This document shows positions 50,679 through 60,192 of a stretch of DNA of 64,000 nt, piece after piece. Source of the DNA: an uncultured Actinomycetes bacterium (GTDB lineage Bacteria > Actinomycetota > Thermoleophilia > Gaiellales > JAICJC01); assembly GCA_963737445.1 (NCBI GenBank), contig CAVTSO010000025.1, positions 204,142 to 268,141 on the forward strand, given 5' to 3'. Below the pieces are notes generated by a model. That model ran no database searches. It was not told the DNA's origin and saw only the letters and a list, made by a program, of their open reading frames with translations. A program made the translations under genes and the position numbers. How positions within the stretch are numbered: the stretch's first letter is position 1; every line of letters begins with the position of its first letter.

Positions 50679-52853
50679 TCAGGACTCGGTGGCGGCGGCC
50701 GGCTCGTCGGGACGCAGAAACAGCAACCGTGCGGCCGGTCGCGGCATCCACCAGTTCCACTCGCCCATCAACCGCATCAGCGATGGCACCAGCAGCGCGC
50801 GGATCACGGTCGCGTCGAAGATGATGCCGGCCGCCAGGCCGATGCCGAACTGCTTCACGTCCACGCCGGGGCTGCTGGACAGCACCAGGAACGAGAACAT
50901 CAGGATCAGGGCGGCGCTGGTCACCAGCTTGCCGGTGCGGGCGAGGCCGAGCTCGATGGCGCGATTGGTGTTGCCGACGTCGTCGTAGATCTCGCGCATG
51001 CGCGTCAGCATGAACACCTCGTAGTCCATCGAGATGCCGTACAGGAACGCGAAGATCATCAGCGGGATCCACGAGATGATCACGCCGGTGGCGTCGATGT
51101 TCCAGATCGGCTTGCTGCCGTGACCCTGCTGGAAGATGAACACGATGATCCCGTAGGCCGCCGTCAAAGAGATCAGGTTCAGGATCACGGCCTTCAGCGC
51201 CAGCACCAGCGAGCGGAACGCGCGCGCGAGCAGCAGGTAGGTGAGCACCACCACGAACAGCAGCAGGTACGGGAAGTTGTCGTAGACGGTATGCTCGAAG
51301 TCACGCGACTGCGGCGGCCCGCCGGCGGTACCGAGGCTGACGCCACCACCGAGCTGCCGTTCCAGCCCCGGCAGCGTGCTGTTCTCGAGCGTGGCGATCG
51401 CGTCGTAGGCGTCCGAGCTGGCGGAGTCGGTCGCGGGCACGGCCTCGATCACGGTGAGGCCGTTGCGGCTCCATCCCTGAGGCGCCGAGGCGCCGGCGAT
51501 GCCCTCCGACTTCCCGACCGCCGCGACGATCGCCGGGATCTGTGCCGGAGTGGCACCCTGCACCGTGATCGCGATCGGGGAGAGCGCACCCGCGGAGATG
51601 CCGGCGGCGGCGAGCTGGTCGCGCCCGGTGATCGCCGGCCCGCTTCCTGGCATGTTCTTGGCCAGCGCGTCGCCGGGGTTCAGCGAGATCGCGGGGATCA
51701 TCACGACCACCACGATGGCGATGCCGAGCGTGGCCATCACGCCCGCATGGTGGGAGACCAGGCGCGCCCAGCGCGCCCACGGGCCGACGTCCGGGTCGGC
51801 CTGCGAGATGAAGCGGCGCGGCATCACGCGCACCCGGTTGATGCCGGTGCCGATGATCGCCAGCATGGCCGGCAGCAGCGTGCAGGCGGCGATCACCGAG
51901 ACGATCGGGATCAGCAGCCCTGCCACGCCGATCGAGCGGATGAAGGGGATCGGCAGGATCACCATGCTCAGCAGCCCGATGCCGACCGTGGAGCCCGACA
52001 CCACCACCGACTTGCCGGCGTGGATCATCGTCTCGATCAGCGCGTGCTCCGAGGAGCGGCCGGCGGCCAGCTCCTCGCGGAAGCGGAAGATGAACAGCAG
52101 CGAGTAGTCGATGGCGACGCCGAGGCCGACCAGCGCCACCAGGAACTCCACGATCACCGACACGTCGGTGACGTAGGTGAGCAGCAGGATCAGGGTGAAG
52201 GTGTTCAGGATCGACGCCATCGCGACGATCAGCGGCATCGCCACCGCCGGCAGGGTGCCGAACACGAACAGCAGGATGATGAGGGCGCCGAGCGCGCCGA
52301 TCGCGACCTCGACCAGGATGCTGGGGCCGCCGCTGGCGCCGTTGCCGGCCGCCTGCTCCAGCGCGTCCAGACCGCTGACCGATGCCTGCACCCCGGATGG
52401 GGCGTTCGCGGTGATCGCCTGCTGGGTGGCTGCGATGGTGCCGCCCGAGCCGAAGCCGTTGGCACCCACCGGGTAGATGGCCGCGAACATGGTGTGCCCG
52501 TCCCTGGACACGTACACGTGGGAGTCGGCGCCGGTGTTGAAGTAGGAGCTGATCCGGGCGCCGGGGTTCTGCTCCAGCGCGGCATCGAGGGCACTCTGGA
52601 TGCCGGGGGCCTGCGTGACGTCGCCGGTCGGGTCGTGGAACACCAGCACCATCGGGTTCTGGTCGCCGTTGCCGAACGTCTGGACGATCCGCTGGTTGTG
52701 CTGGTAGGACTGCGAGCTGGGGATCGAGAAGGTCGTCAGCAGCCGGTCGGCGGCCTTCGGGGCTGCGAATCCGCCGATCGCGGTCAGGACGACCCAGACC
52801 GCCACCACCAGCTTGCGATGGCGCAGAATCGTATGAGCCATGCTTTCCAGCAT
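50679..52853 (-). CDS. MMPL family (RND) transporter
   Basis: GLGVAIDYSL..RFREE, SGSTV, YGISMDYEVF, TGKLVTSAA, DATVIRALLVP. Confidence 0.95.
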   Translation of the reverse strand: MLESMAHTILRHRKLVVAVWVVLTAIGGFAAPKAADRLLTTFSIPSSQSYQHNQRIVQTFGNGDQNPMVLVFHDPTGDVTQAPGIQSALDAALEQNPGARISSYFNTGADSHVYVSRDGHTMFAAIYPVGANGFGSGGTIAATQQAITANAPSGVQASVSGLDALEQAAGNGASGGPSILVEVAIGALGALIILLFVFGTLPAVAMPLIVAMASILNTFTLILLLTYVTDVSVIVEFLVALVGLGVAIDYSLLFIFRFREELAAGRSSEHALIETMIHAGKSVVVSGSTVGIGLLSMVILPIPFIRSIGVAGLLIPIVSVIAACTLLPAMLAIIGTGINRVRVMPRRFISQADPDVGPWARWARLVSHHAGVMATLGIAIVVVVMIPAISLNPGDALAKNMPGSGPAITGRDQLAAAGISAGALSPIAITVQGATPAQIPAIVAAVGKSEGIAGASAPQGWSRNGLTVIEAVPATDSASSDAYDAIATLENSTLPGLERQLGGGVSLGTAGGPPQSRDFEHTVYDNFPYLLLFVVVLTYLLLARAFRSLVLALKAVILNLISLTAAYGIIVFIFQQGHGSKPIWNIDATGVIISWIPLMIFAFLYGISMDYEVFMLTRMREIYDDVGNTNRAIELGLARTGKLVTSAALILMFSFLVLSSSPGVDVKQFGIGLAAGIIFDATVIRALLVPSLMRLMGEWNWWMPRPAARLLFLRPDEPAAATES

Positions 52854-52920
52854 CAGGCTCGCATCCTAGATCGGCCCACGCGTGCCCGTCGAGGATGACG
52901 CACCCTCGCGGGATCCCGAC

Positions 52921-53620
52921 CTAGCCGCGCGCGAAGACGCCGTTTCGCTCGAACCCGATCGCACCGCCGACGGTGGTCTGGCCGTGCCCGACCGAGGTGT
53001 AGACGACGTTGCTGTGGTCGTCCTTGACACGGAAATCGATGGTCACCTCGCAGGGCACGAACTCCCCCTCGAACCCGAACGTCCTGTCACGAATCCACTG
53101 TTTGTCGTGCGGGTCTCTGTGCCAGTGCACGTCAAAGCTGACGTGACCCGGCTGCGATTTCGGTGACGGCGAGACCGCATTCAGGAAGTCGTGGAAGTCC
53201 GGCACCGCCAGATGCCGCCGGTGGAACCGAGCCCGCCCGGTTCGCACGTGACCTTCCATCGCGTCGCGTGACATCGCGATCGTCCAGAACAGGCCCGATG
53301 CCTTGATGCCCGGCTCGAAATCATGAACCTGTGTCGTCAGGTCGCCCACGGCGCCCGTGAATAGATCGATTCAGACGAAGCCGAACGACCCGGCACGCCT
53401 GCGCACGTCCCGACCGACGTACGTGCCCTCCATGAAGCGCATGTCGGTGTCGAACGAGTACGTGCTGCCGTCGCTGCCACGTGCGGTGCCTGCGTCTCGC
53501 CGGCGGCGATCCTTCCCCGAAAGTCGGTGATGTTCGACATCTCGAACCCCAGAGCCGGGGGCAGCACGTGAATGAACGAGTGCTTCGGCCAAGCCCTGCT
53601 TCGTGAAGCCATCCTGCCAG
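52921..53620 (-). CDS. Hypothetical protein spanning an in-frame TGA (candidate selenoprotein or readthrough); frameshift near 53490; 5' end uncertain
   Basis: FIHVLPPALGFEMSNITDFRG...DMRFMEGTYVG...GSFGFV-TGA(53373-53371)-IDLFTGAVGDLTTQVHDFEPGI..SGLFWT; same frame on both sides of the TGA. Confidence 0.55.
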
Positions 53621-53717
53621 TGCGACACGGTTCCCCTCTCGTACCGAATCGCACAACCTTACCGATCGGAAGGGGCCGTTTCAATCCGGCCGCTTGACCG
53701 GTTCCCGCCTTCTGCAG

Positions 53718-54041
53718 CTACGCCGCGCACGCCGTGGGCTCGCCGAACCGCGACTCGATCGCGACCAGCCTGTGCAGCGCCCGGATCGGGTGGCTGCCGT
53801 CGTACAGCGGAGACGTCGCTCCATGCGTGAGCACGTGCCGGAGCTCGCGCAGCGTCCCGGCATCCACGGCACGACGCTCGTCGCGCAGGGCGTCCGCCAG
53901 GGCGTGCATTTCCTCGCCGCAGGTGGCGAGCACGCTACGGGGAATGGGCACCGCCGTGATCCGACGTCCATACAGCTTGCGGGGCGTCAGAGCCACGTCG
54001 ATGAAGTTGGCGAGCCGCTGCCTGTTGGTGGCGGTATTCAT
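53718..54041 (-). CDS. Hypothetical protein, SPLY-motif family
   Basis: RQRLANFI...ALADALRD...RHVLTHGATSPLYD, resembles the C-terminal domain of 31923..32549. Confidence 0.65.
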   Translation of the reverse strand: MNTATNRQRLANFIDVALTPRKLYGRRITAVPIPRSVLATCGEEMHALADALRDERRAVDAGTLRELRHVLTHGATSPLYDGSHPIRALHRLVAIESRFGEPTACAA

Positions 54042-54241
54042 GACCTGAATTGTAGATGGCCGGGGGCGCCGGACGGTACGGATATCCCCCCAAAGCCGTG
54101 CGGCGAACTGCACGCCGCCCGTGGTCGGGCGGCTCACCGCGATCGGCTGCGTGTATCCATCGGATATGGGCGAGACCGGTTTCGGACAGGTGACCGCAGT
54201 CACAGTCAGAGCTCACGGGAGAACCGTCTACCGTCCCACCT

Positions 54242-55651
54242 GTGACCATCCCAGCAGACCGGGTCTCCCGCCTCGAAAACGGCGAGGATGCCGAGCGCGG
54301 CCGCGAGGCGCGAGCCGGCGCGCCACGATCAGGCCACGCCGACTGGGCGCCGGCACGGACGCGGCCGGACCCCGTGCAAACGCTGCACCTCCAGACGGAG
54401 TCGCGGCTGGCCGAGCTGGTGCCGATCCGGTACGGTCGGATGCTTGCCACGCCGTTCACGTTCTTCCGCGGCGCGGCCGCGGTGATGGCGGCCGACCTGG
54501 CCGACACCCCCAGCTCCGGCCTCGTGGTGCAGGTCTGCGGCGACGCGCACATCTCGAACTTCGGCGGGTTCGCAGCGCCCGACCGCCGACTCGTGTTCGG
54601 CCCCAACGACTTCGACGAGACGCTGCCCGGCCCCTGGGAGTGGGACGTGAAGCGGATGGCCGCCAGCATTGAGATCGCCGGCCGCGACATCGACCTACCG
54701 GCCCGCAAGCGACGGCTGATCGTCGAGCGAGCCGTGCGCGAGTACAGGGAGGGAATGCGCGAGTTCGCCCGCGAGAGCTTCCTCGACGCCTGGTACGAGC
54801 GCCTCGACGCCGACGAGCTGACCGCCCGGTTCGGCACGAAGCTCGACGCCGACGGCCACCAGCTCTTCATCCGCACCTTCCAGAAGGGGCGGCGAAAGAC
54901 CAGCGCCCGGGCCGTCCAGAAGCTGACCGAGGTGTTCGACGGGAAGCTGCGATTCGTGAGCGTCCCGCCGCTCCTGACGCCTCTGCACGAGCTCTACCGC
55001 GCGGGCCCGAACGAACGCCGAGCCTACGTACGGGGGCTGCTGGAGCAGTACATCGACGGCCTCCACGCGGATCGCCAGCACCTCGTCCGCTCCTATGAGG
55101 TGGCCGACATGGCCCGCAAGGTGGTGGGCATCGGCAGCGTCGGCACCCGGGCATGGGTGATCCTGCTGGTCGGCCGCGGCGGCCAGGACGCCGTGATGCT
55201 CCAGGCCAAGGAGGCCCAGGCGTCGGTGCTCGAGCCGCACCTGGGCCGGAGCGAACACGCCACGCACGGCGAGCGGGTAGTGCGCGGCCAGCGGATGATG
55301 CAGGCGGCGACCGACATCTTCCTGAGCTGGCAGCGTAGCCCCGACCTGCGGGGCGTCGAGCGCGACTTCTACGTGCGCCAGCTGTGGGACTGGAAGGCCT
55401 CGGCCGACCTGTCACGCATGACGGAGCACGGCCTGCTCACCTACACCCGGGCCTGCGCCTGGTCACTGGCCCGCTCGCACGCCCGGTCGGGCGACCGGCT
55501 GGCGATCGCCGCCTACCTTGGGAAGGGCCGCAGCTTCGACCGGGCGATCGCGCGGTTCTCCTCCCTCTACGCCGACCAGAACGAGCGCGACCACCGCCGG
55601 CTGAGGGAAGCCGTCGCTGCCGGGGAGATCGAAGCCACCGAGGGGATCTGA
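54242..55651 (+). CDS. DUF2252 family protein
   Basis: LVPIRYGRM..PFTFFRGAA, CGDAHISNFG, NDFDE, WEWDVKR, KVVGIGSVG, LQAKEA, YVRQLWDWK. Confidence 0.95.
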   Translation: MTIPADRVSRLENGEDAERGREARAGAPRSGHADWAPARTRPDPVQTLHLQTESRLAELVPIRYGRMLATPFTFFRGAAAVMAADLADTPSSGLVVQVCGDAHISNFGGFAAPDRRLVFGPNDFDETLPGPWEWDVKRMAASIEIAGRDIDLPARKRRLIVERAVREYREGMREFARESFLDAWYERLDADELTARFGTKLDADGHQLFIRTFQKGRRKTSARAVQKLTEVFDGKLRFVSVPPLLTPLHELYRAGPNERRAYVRGLLEQYIDGLHADRQHLVRSYEVADMARKVVGIGSVGTRAWVILLVGRGGQDAVMLQAKEAQASVLEPHLGRSEHATHGERVVRGQRMMQAATDIFLSWQRSPDLRGVERDFYVRQLWDWKASADLSRMTEHGLLTYTRACAWSLARSHARSGDRLAIAAYLGKGRSFDRAIARFSSLYADQNERDHRRLREAVAAGEIEATEGI

Positions 55652-55665
55652 CAGCAGCGCACCGT

Positions 55666-55696
55666 GCTGGGCGGGGAAGCGCCTTCCCCGCCCAGC
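55666..55696. terminator. Hairpin between convergent genes (probable bidirectional terminator)
   Basis: Perfect 14-bp stem GCTGGGCGGGGAAG-CGC-CTTCCCCGCCCAGC. Confidence 0.7.
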
Positions 55697-55711
55697 GGCA
55701 CGCCGTTCGGG

Positions 55712-57079
55712 TCAGCCGACCCGGATCAGCTTCTTGTTGACGAACTCGTCCGCGCCGTACTTGCCCAGCTCGCGGCCCGAGCCGGAGCGCTTGACGCCGC
55801 CGAACGGCAGCTCCGCGCCGTCCGCGCCGACGATGTTGACGTACACCATCCCGGCGTCGATCTCGTTCGCCACACGATCGGCCTGCTCGGGGTCGGTCGT
55901 GAAGAGGTAGGAGCCCAGCCCGAACGGCGTGTCGTTGGCGAGCTTGACAGCCTCCTCCTCCGAGCCGACCTTGTACACGACCGCGACCGGCCCGAACAGC
56001 TCCTCGCGGTAGGCGTCGTTGTCGGGGGTGACGTCGGTCAGCACCATCGGCGCGAAGAAGTTCCCGTCACGCTGCTCGCCGACGACGACCTTCGCGCCAC
56101 CCTTGATCGCCCGGTCGAGCTGATCCTGCAGCCGATCGGCCGCCGTGCTCGACGACAGCGGGCCGAGCGCGGTGCCGTCGGCGGACGGGTCGCCCGGCTT
56201 CCACTCCGACATGGCGGCGGTGAACTTCTCCAGGAACGGCTCGTACAGCTCGTCGATCACCACGAACCGCTTGGCCGCGTTGCACGACTGGCCGGCGTTG
56301 TCGAGCCGGGCGTTCACCGCCGACTCGACGGTGGCGTCGAGGTCATCGGTGCTGAGCAGGATGAACGGATCGGATCCGCCCAGCTCCAGCACGACCTTCT
56401 TCAGGTTGCGGCCGGCGATCTCGGCCACGGCCGCACCGGCCCGCTCCGAGCCGGTCACGGACACGCCCTGCACGCGCGGATCGGCGATCACGTCTGCGAT
56501 CTGATCGTTGGTGGCGTAGACGTTGACGTAGGCGCCCTCGGGGAAGCCGGCGTCGAGGTAGATCGCCTGCAGCGCCGCCGCCGTCTCGGGGCACTGCGGC
56601 GCGTGCTTCAGGAGCACCGTGTTGCCGATGATCATGTTGGGGCCGCCGAACCGCGCCACCTGGTAGGTCGGGAAGTTCCACGGCATGATCCCGAGGACCA
56701 CGCCCAGCGAGCTGCGCCGGATGATCGCCGAGCCCTCTCCGGCCAGCAGCTTGATCGGCTCGTCCTTCATCAAGTCGGGTCCGTTGTCTGCGTAGTAACC
56801 GTAGATGTCGGCACAGAAATCGATCTCGCCCAGCGCCTGCTCGGTGGGCTTGCCCATCTCGCGGACGGTGATGGCGGCCAGCTCCTCACGCCGCTCGCTG
56901 TGCAGCTCGCCGACGCGCCGCACCAGCGCGGCGCGCTCCTCCACGCTGGTCGTGCGGGCCCACCGCTGATGGGTCTCGTGCGCCAGCTTGATGGCGGCGG
57001 CAAGCTCCTCGTCCGTGATGGTCGGGAATGTCTTGACCTGCTCCCCCGTGGCCGGATTGATCACCGCGTAGTCGGTCAT
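55712..57079 (-). CDS. gabD: NAD(P)-dependent succinate-semialdehyde dehydrogenase-like aldehyde dehydrogenase
   Basis: IMPWNFP, LKHA, TGSERAG, LELGGSDP, NAGQSCNA, EELFGP, PFGGVKRSG; GGAGG RBS. Confidence 0.9.
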   Translation of the reverse strand: MTDYAVINPATGEQVKTFPTITDEELAAAIKLAHETHQRWARTTSVEERAALVRRVGELHSERREELAAITVREMGKPTEQALGEIDFCADIYGYYADNGPDLMKDEPIKLLAGEGSAIIRRSSLGVVLGIMPWNFPTYQVARFGGPNMIIGNTVLLKHAPQCPETAAALQAIYLDAGFPEGAYVNVYATNDQIADVIADPRVQGVSVTGSERAGAAVAEIAGRNLKKVVLELGGSDPFILLSTDDLDATVESAVNARLDNAGQSCNAAKRFVVIDELYEPFLEKFTAAMSEWKPGDPSADGTALGPLSSSTAADRLQDQLDRAIKGGAKVVVGEQRDGNFFAPMVLTDVTPDNDAYREELFGPVAVVYKVGSEEEAVKLANDTPFGLGSYLFTTDPEQADRVANEIDAGMVYVNIVGADGAELPFGGVKRSGSGRELGKYGADEFVNKKLIRVG

Positions 57080-57247
57080 TTGTCCTCCTCCAGTCAAAGT
57101 ACTCACAGCCGCCCCCCTTCTTCCGGGTTGCACACCCGGGTAGACATCGGTCTCGTAGCCGTGAGAATAGTGCCCGGCCGGTGCAGGTGCATGCCGACCG
57201 GAAGGCAGGCTCGTGAGCTCCGGCCGGGATCGGCCCTCGGCCGCCCC

Positions 57248-57775
57248 TCAGCGGACGAACTGATCGACGTAGTCGGCGCCCAGCCCGGACGTCTCATACG
57301 TCGTTCGGCACAGCTCGATCAGGCCGATGTTGTCCTCGACGTGGACGACCCTGTCGTCGTCGTCGATGTAGAGCACCGCCCCGCAGATCACGAACATGGT
57401 CTGCATCTCGGGACAGTCGTCGGCGACCGTCAGCGTGTGAACCTCGCCGGGCGGCTCGAACACGTAGCAGCCGGCCGTCGCCGTCCAGGTGTGCTCGCGA
57501 TATCGCCAGCTGCCCTTCAGCACGAAGCCGTGGACGGGCGATGGGTGGCGGTGGCGGCTGAGCACCCCGCCCTTGCGCACGCGCAGCACCTCGCCGTGCG
57601 AGCCGTTGTTCATGTCGAAGAAGAGCGGCCGGAACCAGACGCTCGGCTCGATCTCGATCCAGACCCGCTCGTCGGTCGGCTCGCGCACGACCAGCTCCGG
57701 CTTCATTCCCAGGTGGCCGAGCACCGGCGGATCGAAGGTCACGTCCTCTGACCGGGGCGGCAGGATCGTGTCCAC
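57248..57775 (-). CDS. Cupin, 2,4'-dihydroxyacetophenone dioxygenase family
   Basis: WFRPL, GVLSRHRHPSPVHGFVLKGSWRY.EH.W, FEPPGEVHTL. Confidence 0.88.
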   Translation of the reverse strand: MDTILPPRSEDVTFDPPVLGHLGMKPELVVREPTDERVWIEIEPSVWFRPLFFDMNNGSHGEVLRVRKGGVLSRHRHPSPVHGFVLKGSWRYREHTWTATAGCYVFEPPGEVHTLTVADDCPEMQTMFVICGAVLYIDDDDRVVHVEDNIGLIELCRTTYETSGLGADYVDQFVR

Positions 57776-57792
57776 AGCGTCCTCTCCTCTCG

Positions 57793-59200
57793 TCAGGCGC
57801 CGGTCTGCGCGAGCTCGGCGCCGAGCTCCTCGACCAGCCGCCGCTTCTGTTCGTCGTCCATCTTGCCCAGCTCGTTGTGGAGCGCGCGCTCGTCCACCTG
57901 CTGGTTCCACCAGTCGACCGAGTCGGCGCCGAACAGCGCCCAGCGCCCCACGATCTGCTGCGAGACCTCGTTCGAGGGCGCCATCACCCACCCCGCCTTG
58001 GCATCGCGCACGAGCCGCTCGATCTCGGCCGCGCGGGTATAGCCGCGGCCTCCGCAGAGCTGCAGCATCGAGTCCGAGACCCGCGCCGCCAGCCCGGCGG
58101 CCAGCACCTTCGCCTCGAGGCCCCACGACGTGAACGCCGCTCGGGGCGCCGCTTCCGGGTGCTCGGCGTACATCGTCCAGTCGCCGCCGTTCGTCGCATC
58201 GTCAAGCGCACGCGCCAGCCCGTAGGCGAACAGGCGCGAGGCCTGAGCCTCGCAGAGCGCGCGCCCGTAGCTGTCCTGCGAGGTCGCGTAGTCGGCGATG
58301 CGACGGCCGTACTGCGCGTGCGTCGTTCGCAGGGCGTGGCGCCGGGCGACGTCCAGGCAGGCCAACGCGATGCCGTTGTAGGCGCCGGCGTACATCAGGA
58401 ACGCCAGCGGGTCGATCGCCTCGTCGTTGGAGCGCGCCCCGTCGCCCGGCCAGCCCACCATCCGGTTCTCGGGGATCACGGCGTCGATCTCGACCGGCCC
58501 CGAGTTGTTCGCGTGCATGCCCATCGCGTCCCACCGCCCCGGGCTGCCCTGCACCTCGTCCGGGTAGAGCAGGAACACGCTGAGGTCGGCGTAGTCGCCG
58601 TCGAAGTCGGGGCTGGTGGTCTGGGTCAGAGTACCAGTCGGCGTAGCCGCTGGAGGTGGTGAACGCGCCGGTCTTTCGCACCTTCCAGCCTTCGGCCACG
58701 CGCTCCGCGCTGGAGGTCTTCGGATACCAGAAGTGGCCGCCGGTCTCGGGATCGGTGTAGGACGCAGTGCCGATCAGGGCCTCGGGGTCCATCCGCCGAA
58801 GCAGCGACTCGATCTCGGCGTTGCCATGCGCGCGGAAGGCCAGGCCGGCCACGGCCACCAGGTGCATCATGAAGATGATGGCCGTCGACGGGCAGCCGTA
58901 GCGGGCGATCGCCTCGGTGGCCATCAGGACGCTGGTGTGGCTCGACGCCCGGCAGCCGTACTGCTCCGGGGCGATCATCGCCAGCAGCCGCAACCGGGCC
59001 ATCTCGTCGACGCTCGCCCGCGGGTAGGCACCGCTCCTGTCACACTCGATCGCCAGCGGCCGGATCACGTCGTGGCACGCAGCGATGATCTCCCGCTCCA
59101 AGGCCCTGTCCTCGTCGGACAGGAACCAGACCGGGTCGAACTCGTACCCGAGCCCGAAGTACTCCTCGTCTCCCCACATCTTGACGGGGTGGGCGTCCAT
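57793..59200 (-). CDS. Acyl-CoA dehydrogenase-fold flavoprotein, frameshift near 58628
   Basis: EAIARYGCPSTA..MH, TDPETG, FTTS, GMHANNSG, CGGRGY, IERLVRDA, MAPSNE. Confidence 0.85.
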
Positions 59201-59266
59201 CCCTGGATCCTCGTGCCCGGGTTTGCCGCGCGCTGGCACGCACGTGCTGCGATTGTCCGATCCGTG

Positions 59267-60163
59267 CTATCGCAGACGCCGGTACTCGGCCGGCGTCAGG
59301 CCGGTCGCATTCCGGAACACCCGGGCCAGGTGGCTCTGCGACCGGAAGCCGGTGAGGACGGCGATCTCTCCGACCGGGTGCGACGAGCCGGTGAGCAGCG
59401 CCCGCACCCGCGCGATCCGCTCGGCCCGCAGGTAGGCGTACGGCGTCTGCCCGGTGGCGGTCCGGAACGAGCGCGCGAAGTGGGCGCGGCTGAGGCCGGC
59501 CGCATCAGCCATGTCCTCGATCGTGAGATCGCGGTCCAGGTGCTGGTCGACCAGCTCGCGCACGCGCCGCAGCCGGGAAGGCGCCAGGCCGGCGCGCGGT
59601 GGTATCGGCGCGACCGAGCAGTGCTCCCGCAGCAGCCGCAGCCCGATCGCCTCCTCGAGCGCATGGCGGTAGAGGGCGCCGCCGATGCCCGCCTGCCGCC
59701 GCTCCTCGAGCAGCGCTCGCGCCAGCGAGCTGAGCACCGGATCCTGGAACGCGAACCGCTCGATCAGCTGCGGTGCGGCGACCCCGGCAGCGAGCGCGAC
59801 GTCGCCCAGCCAGGCTGGGGCGATGTACAGGTGCAGCTCGTCGGTGCCATGGTTCCAGCGCCAGGCGTTCTCGCGGCCGGCGGGAAGGATCAGCGACATG
59901 CCGGGGCGGAACCCGGCTCGCTCCAGCTCGCGCCCCAGATCGCGCTCGATCACCAGCGAGCCGGCCAGCGTGAACGATATGTAGTGGGCGTCCAGCGGCG
60001 GCAGCACCAGCCGCTCCGGCAGCCCCGGGAACCGGAACATCGCCACCCCCACACCCGACGACGGGCCGGACGCGGGCGGTGCCAGGTCGCGGCCGTTCAG
60101 GCGAGCCACCCACTGGCGAGGGGTGATCGTCTCATCACCTTGCCGAACGGCCGAGCGTGGCAT
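59267..60163 (-). CDS. AraC family transcriptional regulator
   Basis: C-terminal double HTH AGLSRAHFARSFR..TGQTP...GFRSQSHLARVFR..TGLTP. Confidence 0.93.
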   Translation of the reverse strand: MPRSAVRQGDETITPRQWVARLNGRDLAPPASGPSSGVGVAMFRFPGLPERLVLPPLDAHYISFTLAGSLVIERDLGRELERAGFRPGMSLILPAGRENAWRWNHGTDELHLYIAPAWLGDVALAAGVAAPQLIERFAFQDPVLSSLARALLEERRQAGIGGALYRHALEEAIGLRLLREHCSVAPIPPRAGLAPSRLRRVRELVDQHLDRDLTIEDMADAAGLSRAHFARSFRTATGQTPYAYLRAERIARVRALLTGSSHPVGEIAVLTGFRSQSHLARVFRNATGLTPAEYRRLR

Positions 60164-60192
60164 GGCAAGAGCCTACCGCGCGCGGCGACCGC

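Noticed and set aside
14628-58630. Programmed ribosomal frameshifting in the broken genes
   Set aside because: There are too many breaks in unrelated enzymes and I noticed no consistent slippery sites. Sequencing error is the simpler explanation.
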